Positions 45,766 to 56,400 of a DNA stretch of 64,000 nucleotides are shown here, piece by piece. Under the pieces are notes generated by a model. It worked only from the letters and a program-made list of their open reading frames with translations, did not search any database and was not told the DNA's origin. Within the stretch, counting starts at the first letter, position 1. Each line of letters starts with the position of its first letter. The position numbers and the translations under genes are program-made. Origin of the DNA: an uncultured Planctomycetota bacterium (GTDB taxonomy: Bacteria > Planctomycetota > Planctomycetia > Gemmatales > Gemmataceae); contig CAWKHF010000006.1 in the NCBI GenBank assembly GCA_963849325.1, forward strand, positions 416,001 to 480,000, given 5' to 3'.

Positions 45766-46818
45766 TTGACTGCCAGGCTAAACGTGGTGACGGGAGCGAC
45801 GGGCTTGCTCGGCAGCCACATCGTCGAGCACCTGCGGAGACGCGGCGAACGGGTCCGCGCTCTGGTGCGTCCGGCCAGCGACACGAGCTTCCTGCGTTCC
45901 CTCGGCGTCGAGCTGGCCGTTGGCGACCTGACCAGGCCGAACAGCCTTCGCCGCGCCGTCGAGGGCGCCGATGTCGTTTATCACTGCGCCGCCCGCGTCG
46001 GCGATTGGGGTCCGTGGCGCGTCTTCCAACGCGAGGTCATCGACGCCACCGCCAACCTGCTCGATGCTTGCCGCGCCGCCGGCGTCGGCCGAGTGCTGCA
46101 CGTCAGCTCGATCATCGTCTATGGCCATCCCCACATCCGGCAGGAGCTGTTCACCGAGGACGAACCGCTCGGTCAGGATCTGTGGGTATGGGACCACTAC
46201 TGCCGGGCCAAGGTGCGGGCCGAGGAATTGTGTCGTCAGTATCCCGGCGAGTTGACCATCGTCCGCCCCAGCTGGATTTACGGCCCGCGCGACCGCACGA
46301 CGCTGCCGCGCATCCTCAAGGCGCTGGACGCCGGCCGAATGGGGATCATCGGCCCGGGCGACAATCTGCTGAACATCGTGTACGCTGGCGACGTGGCCGA
46401 AGGCGCTATCCGGGCGGCCAACCATCCGCGGGCCGCCGGCCAGGCATACAACCTCAGCAGCGAGGGCGAGATCACGCAACGCGACTTCCTCAATTTGCTC
46501 GCCGACGTGCTGGGCCGGCCGCGCATTCGCCGCCATGTCTCCTACCGGCTGGCCTTCTGGGCCGGGCTTCTGTCGGAGGTGATCGGTCGAATCATTCGCA
46601 TCCGCCGGCCGCCGCACCTGACGCGCTACGCCGTGGCCCTAATCGGCCGTTCGACGCGCTTCAGCATCGCCAAGGCCCGCGAGCAGCTCGGCTGGCAGCC
46701 GCGGATCGACGTCCGCGAAGGCGTGCGCCGCACCATCGACTGGTACAAAAAACAAGGTTTCGAGCCAGCGGACCACCGAGCCGCGACCGTTAGAGAGCGG
46801 GGTTTCTCCACTTCCTGA
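45766..46818 (+). CDS. NAD-dependent epimerase/dehydratase (3-beta-HSD-like)
   Basis: VTGATGLLG, YCRAK, RPSWIYGP. Confidence 0.9.
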   Translation: MTARLNVVTGATGLLGSHIVEHLRRRGERVRALVRPASDTSFLRSLGVELAVGDLTRPNSLRRAVEGADVVYHCAARVGDWGPWRVFQREVIDATANLLDACRAAGVGRVLHVSSIIVYGHPHIRQELFTEDEPLGQDLWVWDHYCRAKVRAEELCRQYPGELTIVRPSWIYGPRDRTTLPRILKALDAGRMGIIGPGDNLLNIVYAGDVAEGAIRAANHPRAAGQAYNLSSEGEITQRDFLNLLADVLGRPRIRRHVSYRLAFWAGLLSEVIGRIIRIRRPPHLTRYAVALIGRSTRFSIAKAREQLGWQPRIDVREGVRRTIDWYKKQGFEPADHRAATVRERGFSTS

Positions 46819-46840
46819 CGGTCGCGGCCCCGACCGAGTC

Positions 46841-47799
46841 ATGAGCATGAGCCACTTCGCCGACCGTCTGGCCGCCGCCGTGCGGGCCAAGGGCAACGCC
46901 GTGTGCGTCGGCCTCGATCCGCGCTGGGAATCGCTGCCGGCGAGCCTGCGCGATCGCCACGGCGGTGCGACGCTGGCCACGGTGGCCGCCGCCTTCGAGG
47001 AGTTTTGCGGCCGGGTGCTCGACATCGTGGCTCCGCTGGTGCCGGTGGTCAAGCCGCAGAGCGCCTTCTTCGAGGCGTGCGGCCCGGAGGGCATGGCCGT
47101 GCTGCAACGTCTGTTGCGCAAGGCCCGCGACCTCGGTCTGCTGACCATCCTCGACGGCAAGCGCAACGACATCGCCTCGACGGCGGCCGCCTACGCCGAC
47201 GCCGCCTTCGCCGGCACGCGCCTGGCCGGCCGTACCTATCCCGTCTGGGAGGCCGACGCGCTGACGATCAACCCCTATCTCGGCCGCGATGCCGTCGAGC
47301 CGTTCCTGGAGAGCGCCCGCCGCGCCTCGCGCCGGGCGTGTTCGTGCTGGTGCGGACCAGCAATCCAGGCGCCGGGCAGTTCCAGGATCTGCTCGTTTCC
47401 AGCGGTACGGAGCCGGCCCGACCGTTGTATCAGCACGTCGGCGCCGCCGTGTCGGCCTGGGCGCGGGAGAACCTCGGCGCCTGTGGCCTGGGCGACGTCG
47501 GCGCCGTGGTCGGTGCGACGTACCCGGCCGAACTGGCGATGCTGCGGGCGATTTTGCCGGAGGTGATCTTCCTGGTGCCCGGCTTCGGCGCTCAGGGGGG
47601 CACGGCCGCCGGCGTCGCCACCGCCTTCCGCTCCGACGGACTGGGCGCCGTCGTCAACAGCTCGCGCGGCATCCTCTTTCCCTTCTCGCCCACCGAGCCG
47701 AACTGGGAGGTGCGTATCGACGAAGCGGCTCGCGCCGCTGTCGCCGCCCTGGCGTCAATTGGCAAAGATGTCGGTGGCGGCGGCGCGCGGCGCTCGTAA
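46841..47799 (+). CDS. pyrF: Orotidine-5'-phosphate decarboxylase; frameshift near 47330
   Basis: VCVGLDP, KPQSAFFE, DGKRNDIAST, LVRTSNPG, LVPGFGAQGG, VNSSRGI. Confidence 0.93.
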
Positions 47800-47870
47800 C
47801 ATGAGAGGAATACGGATTCATCCCCCAAGCCGCCGGCGTCGGCGGTGCCATCACCCCAACGAGAGTTGCC

Positions 47871-49139
47871 GTGGTCTATCCCAAAATCGTTCGCATTCGT
47901 CAGAACTTCGAGCGGCCTCGGGTGGCCGACATCCCCGCGGCCGTCGCTTCGACCCTGGAGAAACTGGACCTGGGCCAACGCATCCGGCCCGGCCAGACCG
48001 TCGCGCTGACGGCCGGCAGCCGCGGCATCGCCAACATCCCGCTCATCCTGCGCAGCACGGCCGCCTTCCTCAAGAAACTCGGCGCCAAACCGTTCCTCGT
48101 CCCGGCGATGGGCAGCCACGGCGGCGGCACCGCCGAGGGACAGCGGCAGCATCCTCGAAAGCTACGGCATCACCGAGGAGTTCGTCGGCGTGCCGCATCC
48201 GCGCCTCGATGGACATCGTCGCAGGTCGGCGTCACGCCCGAGGGCTTTCCCGTCTTGCTCGACCGCATCGCCTCCGAGGCCGACCACATCGGCGTCGTCG
48301 GCCGCGTCAAGCCGCACACCGGCTACCACGGCCCCATCGAGAGCGGCCTGATGAAGATGATGATGATCGGCCTGGGCAAGCACGCCGGCGCCCTCGCCTA
48401 CCACCGCATCCTCCTCGAACACCCTTACGACCAGGTCGTCCGCTCGGTCGGCCGGACGCTGCTGGCCGCCGCCCCCATCGCCTTCGGCCTGGCCCTGGTC
48501 GAGAACGCCTACGACGAGACGGCCTCGATCGAAGCGGTCGCGCCCGGAGACGTTCGAGGCGCGCGAGGAGCAGCTGCTGGCCGAGGCGCGACGTCTGCTG
48601 GCCCGGCTGCCGTTGCGCGAGGCCGACCTGCTCATCGTGGACGAGATCGGCAAGAACATCAGCGGCTCGGGCATGGACACCAACGTCGTCGGCCGCAAAC
48701 GCGCCTTCCGCGCGCCAGCCGCCGCCCGGACGGACTCGCCGATCCTGCGACTGATCTTCGTCCGCGGCCTGACGCGCGAAGACGCACGGCAACGCCACCG
48801 GCATCGGCCTGGCCGACTTCACCACGACGCGCCTCGTCCGGCAAATGAACTACCGGGCCACCGTCATCAACTGCCTGACGGCCGGCTATCCCGATGGGGC
48901 GTTCCTGCCGGTCCATTTCGAGACCGACCGCGAAGTGCTCGACGCCGCCCTGGCGATCATCGGCACGCGGCACGCCGGAACAGGCGCGGCTCATGCGCAT
49001 CCGCAACACGCTGCACCTGGACGAAGTGGAGGTCTCCGAGGCGTGTCTGACCGAGCCGGATCGGCAAACCGATTTCACGCCGATCGGCCGGCCTCGAACG
49101 CTGGAGTTCGACGCGGCCGGCAATCTGCCACCCTTGTGA
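47871..49139 (+). CDS. LarA-like/DUF362 domain protein; frameshifted
   Basis: GSRGIANI, PAMGSHGGGTAEGQ, RVKPHT, IGLGKH, GKNISGSGMDTNV. Confidence 0.8.
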
Positions 49140-49144
49140 CCATC

Positions 49145-49207
49145 CTGTTTAGCCGCGACGCGCAGCGGAGCGCGGCATGCGCTCTGCTGCGCGTCGCGGC
49201 TAAACAG
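49145..49207. repeat. REP-like palindrome (same family as 8137)
   Basis: CTGTTTAGCCGCGACGCGCAGC...GCTGCGCGTCGCGGCTAAACAG. Confidence 0.85.
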
Positions 49208-49229
49208 AGAGAGGTTCTCGGACGAAATC

Positions 49230-49532
49230 TCATCGTCGGGACAGCTGCTCGCGGCGGGCGTGTTCGAGGATCTCGCTCAGTTCCTGGCCGAGATAGGCGA
49301 TCAGGTGCCGCGTTTCCTCGTTGGTCTGAATGGTCTTCTGCACGGCATTCTGCAAGGCGAGCAGCGTCGGATAATGGCTGCGCTTGCGGATGGGCCGGCT
49401 GAGATCGCGCAGGTCGGCGGTGCGGGCCAGCCAGGTGACGGTGAAGTGCTCGATCAGATCGCGCACCCGTTTCTCGGCATCCGTCATCAGATCGCGCAGG
49501 GGCAGACGGCGAAAGGATCGATCGGAGATCAT
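49230..49532 (-). CDS. Hypothetical helical protein
   Basis: 100-aa ORF with GGAGG RBS. Confidence 0.6.
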   Translation of the reverse strand: MISDRSFRRLPLRDLMTDAEKRVRDLIEHFTVTWLARTADLRDLSRPIRKRSHYPTLLALQNAVQKTIQTNEETRHLIAYLGQELSEILEHARREQLSRR

Positions 49533-49819
49533 GGCTCACTCCTCCCGCGTCGGCGGGGGAACAGCGAGGTACAGAGACGGCGCTCTCCTCCCGGAGACGC
49601 GCCTCGGCGTCCGGAGGTTCCGTGACGACCCACCGTCTCGCTTCCTCCGCGCGAGTCAACGGGAATAGCGTGGGGAGACGGCGAGCAATTTCGCAATGGT
49701 CCCGTCGAGGGTTGGGAAAATGGCAGCGGTTGTTCCCCTCAACGGATCTCTTTGTGTATACTCCATGAAGAGCCTCGGCGTCAAGCACGGCCTTCCCTTT
49801 TATCTCATAATTGTCCTCC

Positions 49820-50536
49820 ATGCGCATCCTGGTCATCGCGGACATTCACGGCAATTGGCCGGCCCTGCAAGCGGTGGCGGCCGAGCCGCACGACGTTTGC
49901 CTGTGCCTGGGCGACCTGGTCGATTACGGTCTGGAGCCAGCCCCGTGCATCGGCTGGGTGCGCGACAGGGTCCAGTACGCGGTGCGCGGCAACCACGACC
50001 ACGGCGTCGCCCAGAACGTCATCGTCCAGGGCCGCGCCGGCTTCAAGTACCTGACCGGCGTCACGCGGCCGCTGACACGCGAACGTCTGGGCGAGGGCGA
50101 CTTGCGCTTCCTGTCCCGTCTGCCGGTGACGCGCCTGGTGACCCTGGACAATACGCGCTTTTTGCTGGTCCATGCCACGCCGCGCGATCCGCTCGACGAG
50201 TACGCGCCGCCCGACGTCGAGTTCTGGACGCGGCGGCTGCAAAACGTCGAGGCCGACGTCGTCTGCGTCGGCCATACCCATCAGCCCTACGTGCTGGAAC
50301 TGGGCGACAAGCTGGTCATCAACCCCGGCAGCGTCGGCCAACCGCGCGACGGCGACCCGCGCGCCTCCTGCGCCATCATCGAAGATTATAAAGTCGATCT
50401 CAAAAGGATCGATTATCCTATCGAGGACACCGTCGCCGCCATCCAGGGCAGTTCGCTGCCGGAAAACGCCAAGGACATGCTGATCGACGTTTTCCGCACC
50501 GGCGCGCCGATGCCGAATGGACAAAAGAGTTCGTAG
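49820..50536 (+). CDS. Metallophosphoesterase (YfcE/calcineurin-like)
   Basis: DIHGN, GDLVDYG, GNHD, GHTH, NPGSVGQPRDGD. Confidence 0.93.
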   Translation: MRILVIADIHGNWPALQAVAAEPHDVCLCLGDLVDYGLEPAPCIGWVRDRVQYAVRGNHDHGVAQNVIVQGRAGFKYLTGVTRPLTRERLGEGDLRFLSRLPVTRLVTLDNTRFLLVHATPRDPLDEYAPPDVEFWTRRLQNVEADVVCVGHTHQPYVLELGDKLVINPGSVGQPRDGDPRASCAIIEDYKVDLKRIDYPIEDTVAAIQGSSLPENAKDMLIDVFRTGAPMPNGQKSS

Positions 50537-50640
50537 ACAAAACTTCTCGGAGCCCGCAGCGTCAGTGAGGGAACGTACACCCTTGCTCCCGCTGCGGCCC
50601 CTGTCCAAAATGCGCCTACCTGGCTTGGAGCGACGATCGC

Positions 50641-52391
50641 ATGGCTGGCCGATGCTTTTACGTCTCGTGGGTGGACCTTCGCACCGATCCGTGGCCGCAG
50701 TGGGAGAAGGTCCGACCCGGCACCGGGGAGATGATGCTGGAAGGGCAACGCATCCGCTGCCTGCCGGTCGACCATCCCCACTGGCCGGCCGTCCCGCTGC
50801 TGGAGCAGGCGGGGCCGCCGATGGTGGCCGACCCGCGCCTCGGCCGCTACGTCTGGCCGGGCATCCCGCTTGTGCTCGACGGCCGACCATGCCGCCTCTA
50901 CACCGGCCCGACGCTCAGCGCCCTGTTCCATCCGGGCAGTCGATTCTGCAATCTCGAAGGACTCGATGTCGTCTACCTCTTGTATCAGCCCGAACGCGCG
51001 GACGGATCGCACGAGCTGTTGCGCAACGTCCTCGCCCGACTCTGCCAGGCCCGCGACATCCAGAACGCGGACAAGCGAATCCAGTTCGTGGACGTCAAGG
51101 GCATCGCCGACCCAACCGACCACGCCGCCATCATTCGAGCGATCGAACAATGGCTGGGGCGGGACGACCCGTTCGATCTCGGCCGCCGCGGCTCGGCGAA
51201 AAACCCGCCGCGCATCGTCATCAACCTGAGTCCGGGCACGCCGTCCATGCACGCCGCCTGGCTGATGCTGCGCTGGAATGGAGCGCTGGGCGGGCGGAGA
51301 GTATCGTCGAATTCGTCCAGGGCGACGGCGGACTGGTCGAGCGCTGCCGTCGAGGGACCGCCGCCCAACCCGCTGCGCATCGTGCCGATCGACGTGCTGG
51401 CTCAGTGGTCGGCCGCAACGGGGGCTGGCGCCGCAGCCGGCCCTCGGCCCGGAAGAACCGAGCGTGCCGCTGGAAGAGCTGAACGGCCCGCCCTTCGACG
51501 ACCTGCGCCAGAAGATCGACCACGCCGCCATGCTCGGCCTGCCGATCCTCTTGCAGGGCGAGCGCGGCACCGGCAAGACGTTCCTGGCCCACTACTACCA
51601 TCAGCGCCGACAATTCTACGCGCCTTCCAGGCGGAGCGAGGCCGCGCCGGCCAAGACCGGCGGCGCAAGGCGACGGCAAGGAGGCGATGCGAAAGGCCGC
51701 CGAACGCTTCCCGGAGAAGACCGGGCCGAGCAGCTTCGTCGGCGTCACGCTGTCGGAGTTCGCCGACCTCGATACGCTGCGCGACACGCTGTTCGGCTGG
51801 GCCAAGGGAACGCCTGGACCGGCGCCTACAAGGCGTACGACGGCCTGCTCGGCGAGGCGCACGGCGGCACGCTGTTCCTCGACGAGATCCACCACCTGAC
51901 CCGGCCGTTGCAGGCGGCGCTGCTCGGCCCGCTCAACGCCGCCGCTATCGCCCCAAGATGGCCGACCTACGAGGTCATCAGCCACTTCGACCTGGTCGTC
52001 GCCACCAACGATCCGCAAGTGGCGCGACAAGATGGCCGACGACTTCCGCGACCGCATCGAGCGGATCGTCCTGGAGGTGCCGTCGTTCCGCTCCTTTCAG
52101 CGACACGGGGCGGACATCATCTGGCGGTTCTGGGAGTTCACGCTCCGCCGCCGCTGCCGCGAGTGCGGCATCGAGTACAGCGGCGAGGGACGGGCTTGGC
52201 CGGAGTGCTGCGAGCAGCTGAAGGGCTGTTCCGACGTCACCCGCTGGCGCGGCAACTGGCGCGATCTGCAACGCCTGGCCGACAACTTGCTGCTGCATCT
52301 GACCTCGTCCCGCGACGGCCGGCCGTCGCCGATCCGCTGGGACCGCGACAAGCTGGAGCACGCCATCGCCGAGACGTTCGCGGAGACGTGA
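50641..52391 (+). CDS. sigma54-type enhancer-binding AAA+ ATPase with RtcR/CARF-like N-terminal domain, no C-terminal HTH; frameshifted
   Basis: DPTDH and IVINLSPGTPSMHAAW; Walker A GERGTGKT; LFGWAK..AWTGA (GAFTGA variant); GGTLFLDEI; VVATN; DFRDRI; WRGNWRDLQR. Confidence 0.8.
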
Positions 52392-52438
52392 GGGGGGAGC
52401 GACCGCCTCGGGAGGATATGCCGTTCGGAGGAATTGTC

Positions 52439-53458
52439 ATGGCCAGACGTGCCGGTGTGCGCAAGGGCATTCAGAAACAGGGACAGACGCAGGTGCAAAT
52501 TCAGACCACCATGCGGCGCCGGGCCGGCGTGGAGGAACTGAGTACCTGGCAGGAGACGGCAGTTCGCCCCGGCGTTTCCCCGCGCGGCGGCGACCTGGGT
52601 TACGATGAGGAGGCGGACGGCGATCAGCTGCTCGACGACGGCGAGGAATCCGGGTCCAGCGAACCGACGGGCGATGATTGCTTCCAACCCGAGGAGTCGG
52701 ACGATGAGCCGCAAATCCGTCATCGGCTGACAGTGGCCGATCTTCTCGGTTCACGACCTCCGGTAGTGCTTCTCCGTCTGAGCCTGGAAAACGGTGCGGT
52801 CGCCGTTCGGACCTGTGCGCGACCGGCTTCGCGCGATGCCGGCCAGGCTCTGGAGCTGCTGCGTGACTTCGTGACTCGATGCTTCCAGGATGGCCGCGCT
52901 CACTTCACGGACGCCGAGTGGGACCAGCTGCTCGGCAATGCGCGTCGCCGTTGGTCCGCCGTTTAACGCTGTTGCTACGACTGGCGGTCAAGGGCCGAGA
53001 GAAGGTCCGTCTCGACGAGGAGAGCGAGGCGGCATTCACGCCGCACGACATCGGCCTGGAGCGCTTCGCCAACAAGTTCGCCGCCCTGCCGGACGGCACG
53101 CCGTTCAGCATTCGTCTGCTCTTGTTGGACCAGCGCGGCCGCGAGCGCGGCGAGCACTTCTTCGATCAACTGCCCGAACGCCGTCAAGCTCCTGGCTCTG
53201 CGGCGGGCCTTGCAGCGCGAGCGGCAAAAGGGCGTGGCGGTCAGCGACCACGAATTCCGCGACGAGATCCAGCACGCCCTCGAAGAACTGCTCGGCATGG
53301 AAGTGCCCAAGCCCACCGAAGACCAGGTGCGGCGACGCCTGCGCGACAACTTCAAGCGCAAAGGTCTGGGCGACCTCTTCCCCAACCAGGCCGCCCGCCA
53401 GCGCGAGCACGACCGGATGGCGGCGACTGCCCCCGTCCGTACCGAGGAATCCGCATGA
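52439..53458 (+). CDS. Divergent sigma54 (RpoN)-like protein, about 340 aa; two frameshifts
   Basis: Gln-rich N-terminus, acidic linker, NKFAALPDGTPFSIRLLL, and VSDHEF...VRRRLRDNF...FPNQAARQR C-terminus in RpoN order. Confidence 0.55.
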
Positions 53459-56400
53459 GCGCCAGCCTGCTCGCGCATGTCGGTCTAGATCTTGTCACTC
53501 CTCGTGTCGCAGCCCTGCGGCTAGGGGAGTTGACCGTCGAGCCGGTGCAAACCGTTCTCGGCCGCGCCGACCTGGCGGGTAGCTCGCGCCCACTGCCATC
53601 TAGTGCCGTGCTCTTGAGGCTCGGCGATCAGTCGTTGTGGCTGCCCGCACCAGCCGCACCAGCCGCGCCGTCCGAGCCGGACGAAGGCCGAGCACCGATC
53701 TATCTGCACGGCGGACAAGAACTCGTCCTGCCCTTCGTCCGTCTCTTCGTTCTCCAAGCCGACCAGGAACCGGACAAGGCACGGGTCGAATACCTGGGTC
53801 TGTCCGATTGGTTGGACGACGCCGTTGCCGTGTGGCGCTTCGAGCCGGCACGGCGGGATGGCTCCCCCCGTCCGCTGCTGGACCATCTCGAACAAAACGC
53901 GACTTCGCCGGCCGAAGCCTTGCAAGCGATCAGCCGGGTACTTTGTTTCGCCTTGTTTGGCGCGGCAAGCCCGGCCGTGGTCGGTGGCCTGCGTCTGCCC
54001 GCCTGTCCGATGTGGCTCCGCCCCGTAGGAGAAACGCCATTCGCGCGCCGTATCGCCCGCGCGCTGGTGGTCACTGCTCGCCTCTCGGCCGATCCCGCCA
54101 AACCGACCGTGCCCTCCACGAACTTGCGGACATCGGCCTACCGCATTCGCCCCGCCGAGCCGCGCGATTGGGGTCTCGATCCCGTCCACACGCCGGAAGG
54201 CGCCGACATCCGCCTGACCGGCCGACTCGGCGTCGGTGTCGCTGTGCGCGGCCGGGCGCTGCACGCTCCGGAGACGGAACGGCCGCCGTTGTCGGCGTCC
54301 ACGGCCCGGCTGCCGTTCGCCGGCTACAACGACCCTCGCCGTCTGCTGATGGCCGCCAACATGCAGGCACACGCCGTGCCCCTGCCGCGACAGGAACCGC
54401 CTTGCGTCCGCATGACTCCCGAAGCGGATGACCCGCCCGGCGTCAACCTCCGCGTCGGCTACCTCGCCTGGCAGGGTTGGAATCACGAGGACGCCTGGGT
54501 GCTGTCCGAATCCGCAGCCCGGCGTCTCGGCACGCTCCAGGTTCTGGTGCAGACCATCGCCATCCGTGCCGTCGAGGTGGCTCCCGATCTGCTGGTGCAG
54601 TGCGGCCAGCCGGTCGAACGTGGCCAGCTGCTCGTCCGTCGTTTTGTGGCCCCGGCCTTGCTCTGCCCGTCGCTGGAACTGCTGGCGACGCTGGAAGACC
54701 TGGACGACAAGGTACCGCTTCGGCCGGAGGTCGATGACTCGGCTGCGGAGAGCGGCACCATCATCCGGCTTGAAGAATGGGACCTGCGCGACCGGCGCGG
54801 CCTTCCGATAGACTGGCAAGTGCCGGAAGCGGTGGCCGGGGCATTCCGGACTGTTTATCGCATCCACATCGAACGCGCGCTGCCGCTGAGCGTTGGCGAC
54901 AAGCTGGCCAACCGGCACGGCCACAAGGGCGTCGTCGGCGCCATCCTGCCCGATGACGACATGCCGCGCTGGCGCGGTCGGCCGCTGGAAGCCCTGATCG
55001 ACCCGATCAGCGTCCTCAACCGCTCTAACTGGGGACAGGTCTACGAGGCACTGGCCGGGGCGCTGGTGGAGCCGGGTCAGGTGCGCGACGTCAACGGTGT
55101 CTCCGGCGAAGAGGTGCGGGCGGAGGCACAACGGGCAGGGGCCGACGCACAGGGCCGTTGGCTCATCGAGCCTCCGATGGCGGCACGCTGGTTGACGAAG
55201 GAAGTGCGCGCCGTCGCCGGTGTCCAGTACGTCATGCGGATGCCGCATCACGCCGCCGACAAGATCTCCGGCAATCCTCCACCGCCGCCATCGTTGGGTT
55301 ATCGGGTGCGCCGCCGATCGCAGCGGCTAGGCGAGATGGAGCACTGGGCGCTGTGGGCGCACGGCATCGGTGCGCACGGCCTCCTCCGCGACCGAGGACG
55401 GCGGACAGAGGGCGCTGTCTCCCGCCGTGGCCCGTCTTCGCCGCTTGCTCGGGTCGGCCGGGTTCGGCATGGACGTCGAGGGCGGATCGCTGCTCGTTCG
55501 GAAGCTGGCGCTCGACGCGGAGCCACCCGCTGATAACAAGATATTATCTCTCCTTAAAGAGAATGAAACAAGCACCGCGGAGAGCGGCGTGGAGGGAAGC
55601 AAGGAAACGAAGTCCCCGCGATCCCTGGCCGAACTCTACGACGCCCTGGATGCGGTCGCGCCCGAAACGCCGACCGTACTCGTCTTCGATCCGCCGCTCC
55701 TCCGCCCATCCAAGGGGGATGACGTCGAGGTGGCGCTGCGCTGGATGCCCGTGTTGCCCGCCTGCGATCGCCCGCCGCGGCGTTGGTTCGACGGCTCGGA
55801 GGAGCCGCACGAATTGACCGCCGACCTGCGCCGCCTGGTCCGCCTGATTCGCAAACGTCGGCAAGCGCGGACGGAAGACGAGGACGCCGCCAACGCGGAA
55901 CTGTTCTACGCCGCTCGCCAGTTCCTATCCGATGCCTACATCGCGGCGGTAGGGCGCGGGGCGACCGGCCCATTCAGCAGTAAACTGGCTTACTTGCGTC
56001 GCGGTGTGCTGGGGCAGCGCTTGCCCCGCTCGGCACGGGCGACCGTCTCTCCCGGCGGTACGCGGCGTTTGGGACTGGACGAAATCGGTCTGCCGCCGGC
56101 GCTGGCCCACACTCTTTTCGGGCCAGGACTGCCGAGCGAGGAAAACCAGTTGGCCGAGGTCGTCGCCGGCCGCTGGGTGTGGCTCAAGCGCGATCCGGTA
56201 TTGCACCGCTGGGGTCTGCTGCCGGTGCGCGTCCGTGTCGTACCCGGCGTCACTATCCGCCTGCCGGCGTCGCTGCTGGGACCGCTGGGGGCCGATTTCG
56301 ACGGCAACACGGTCGCCCTCTTCGCCGCGTTGCCCGGTGCCCTCGCCGACCTCCACGCCTGTTCGCCGCCGGCGCTCGCCTGGCACCCGTTGCTCGACGA

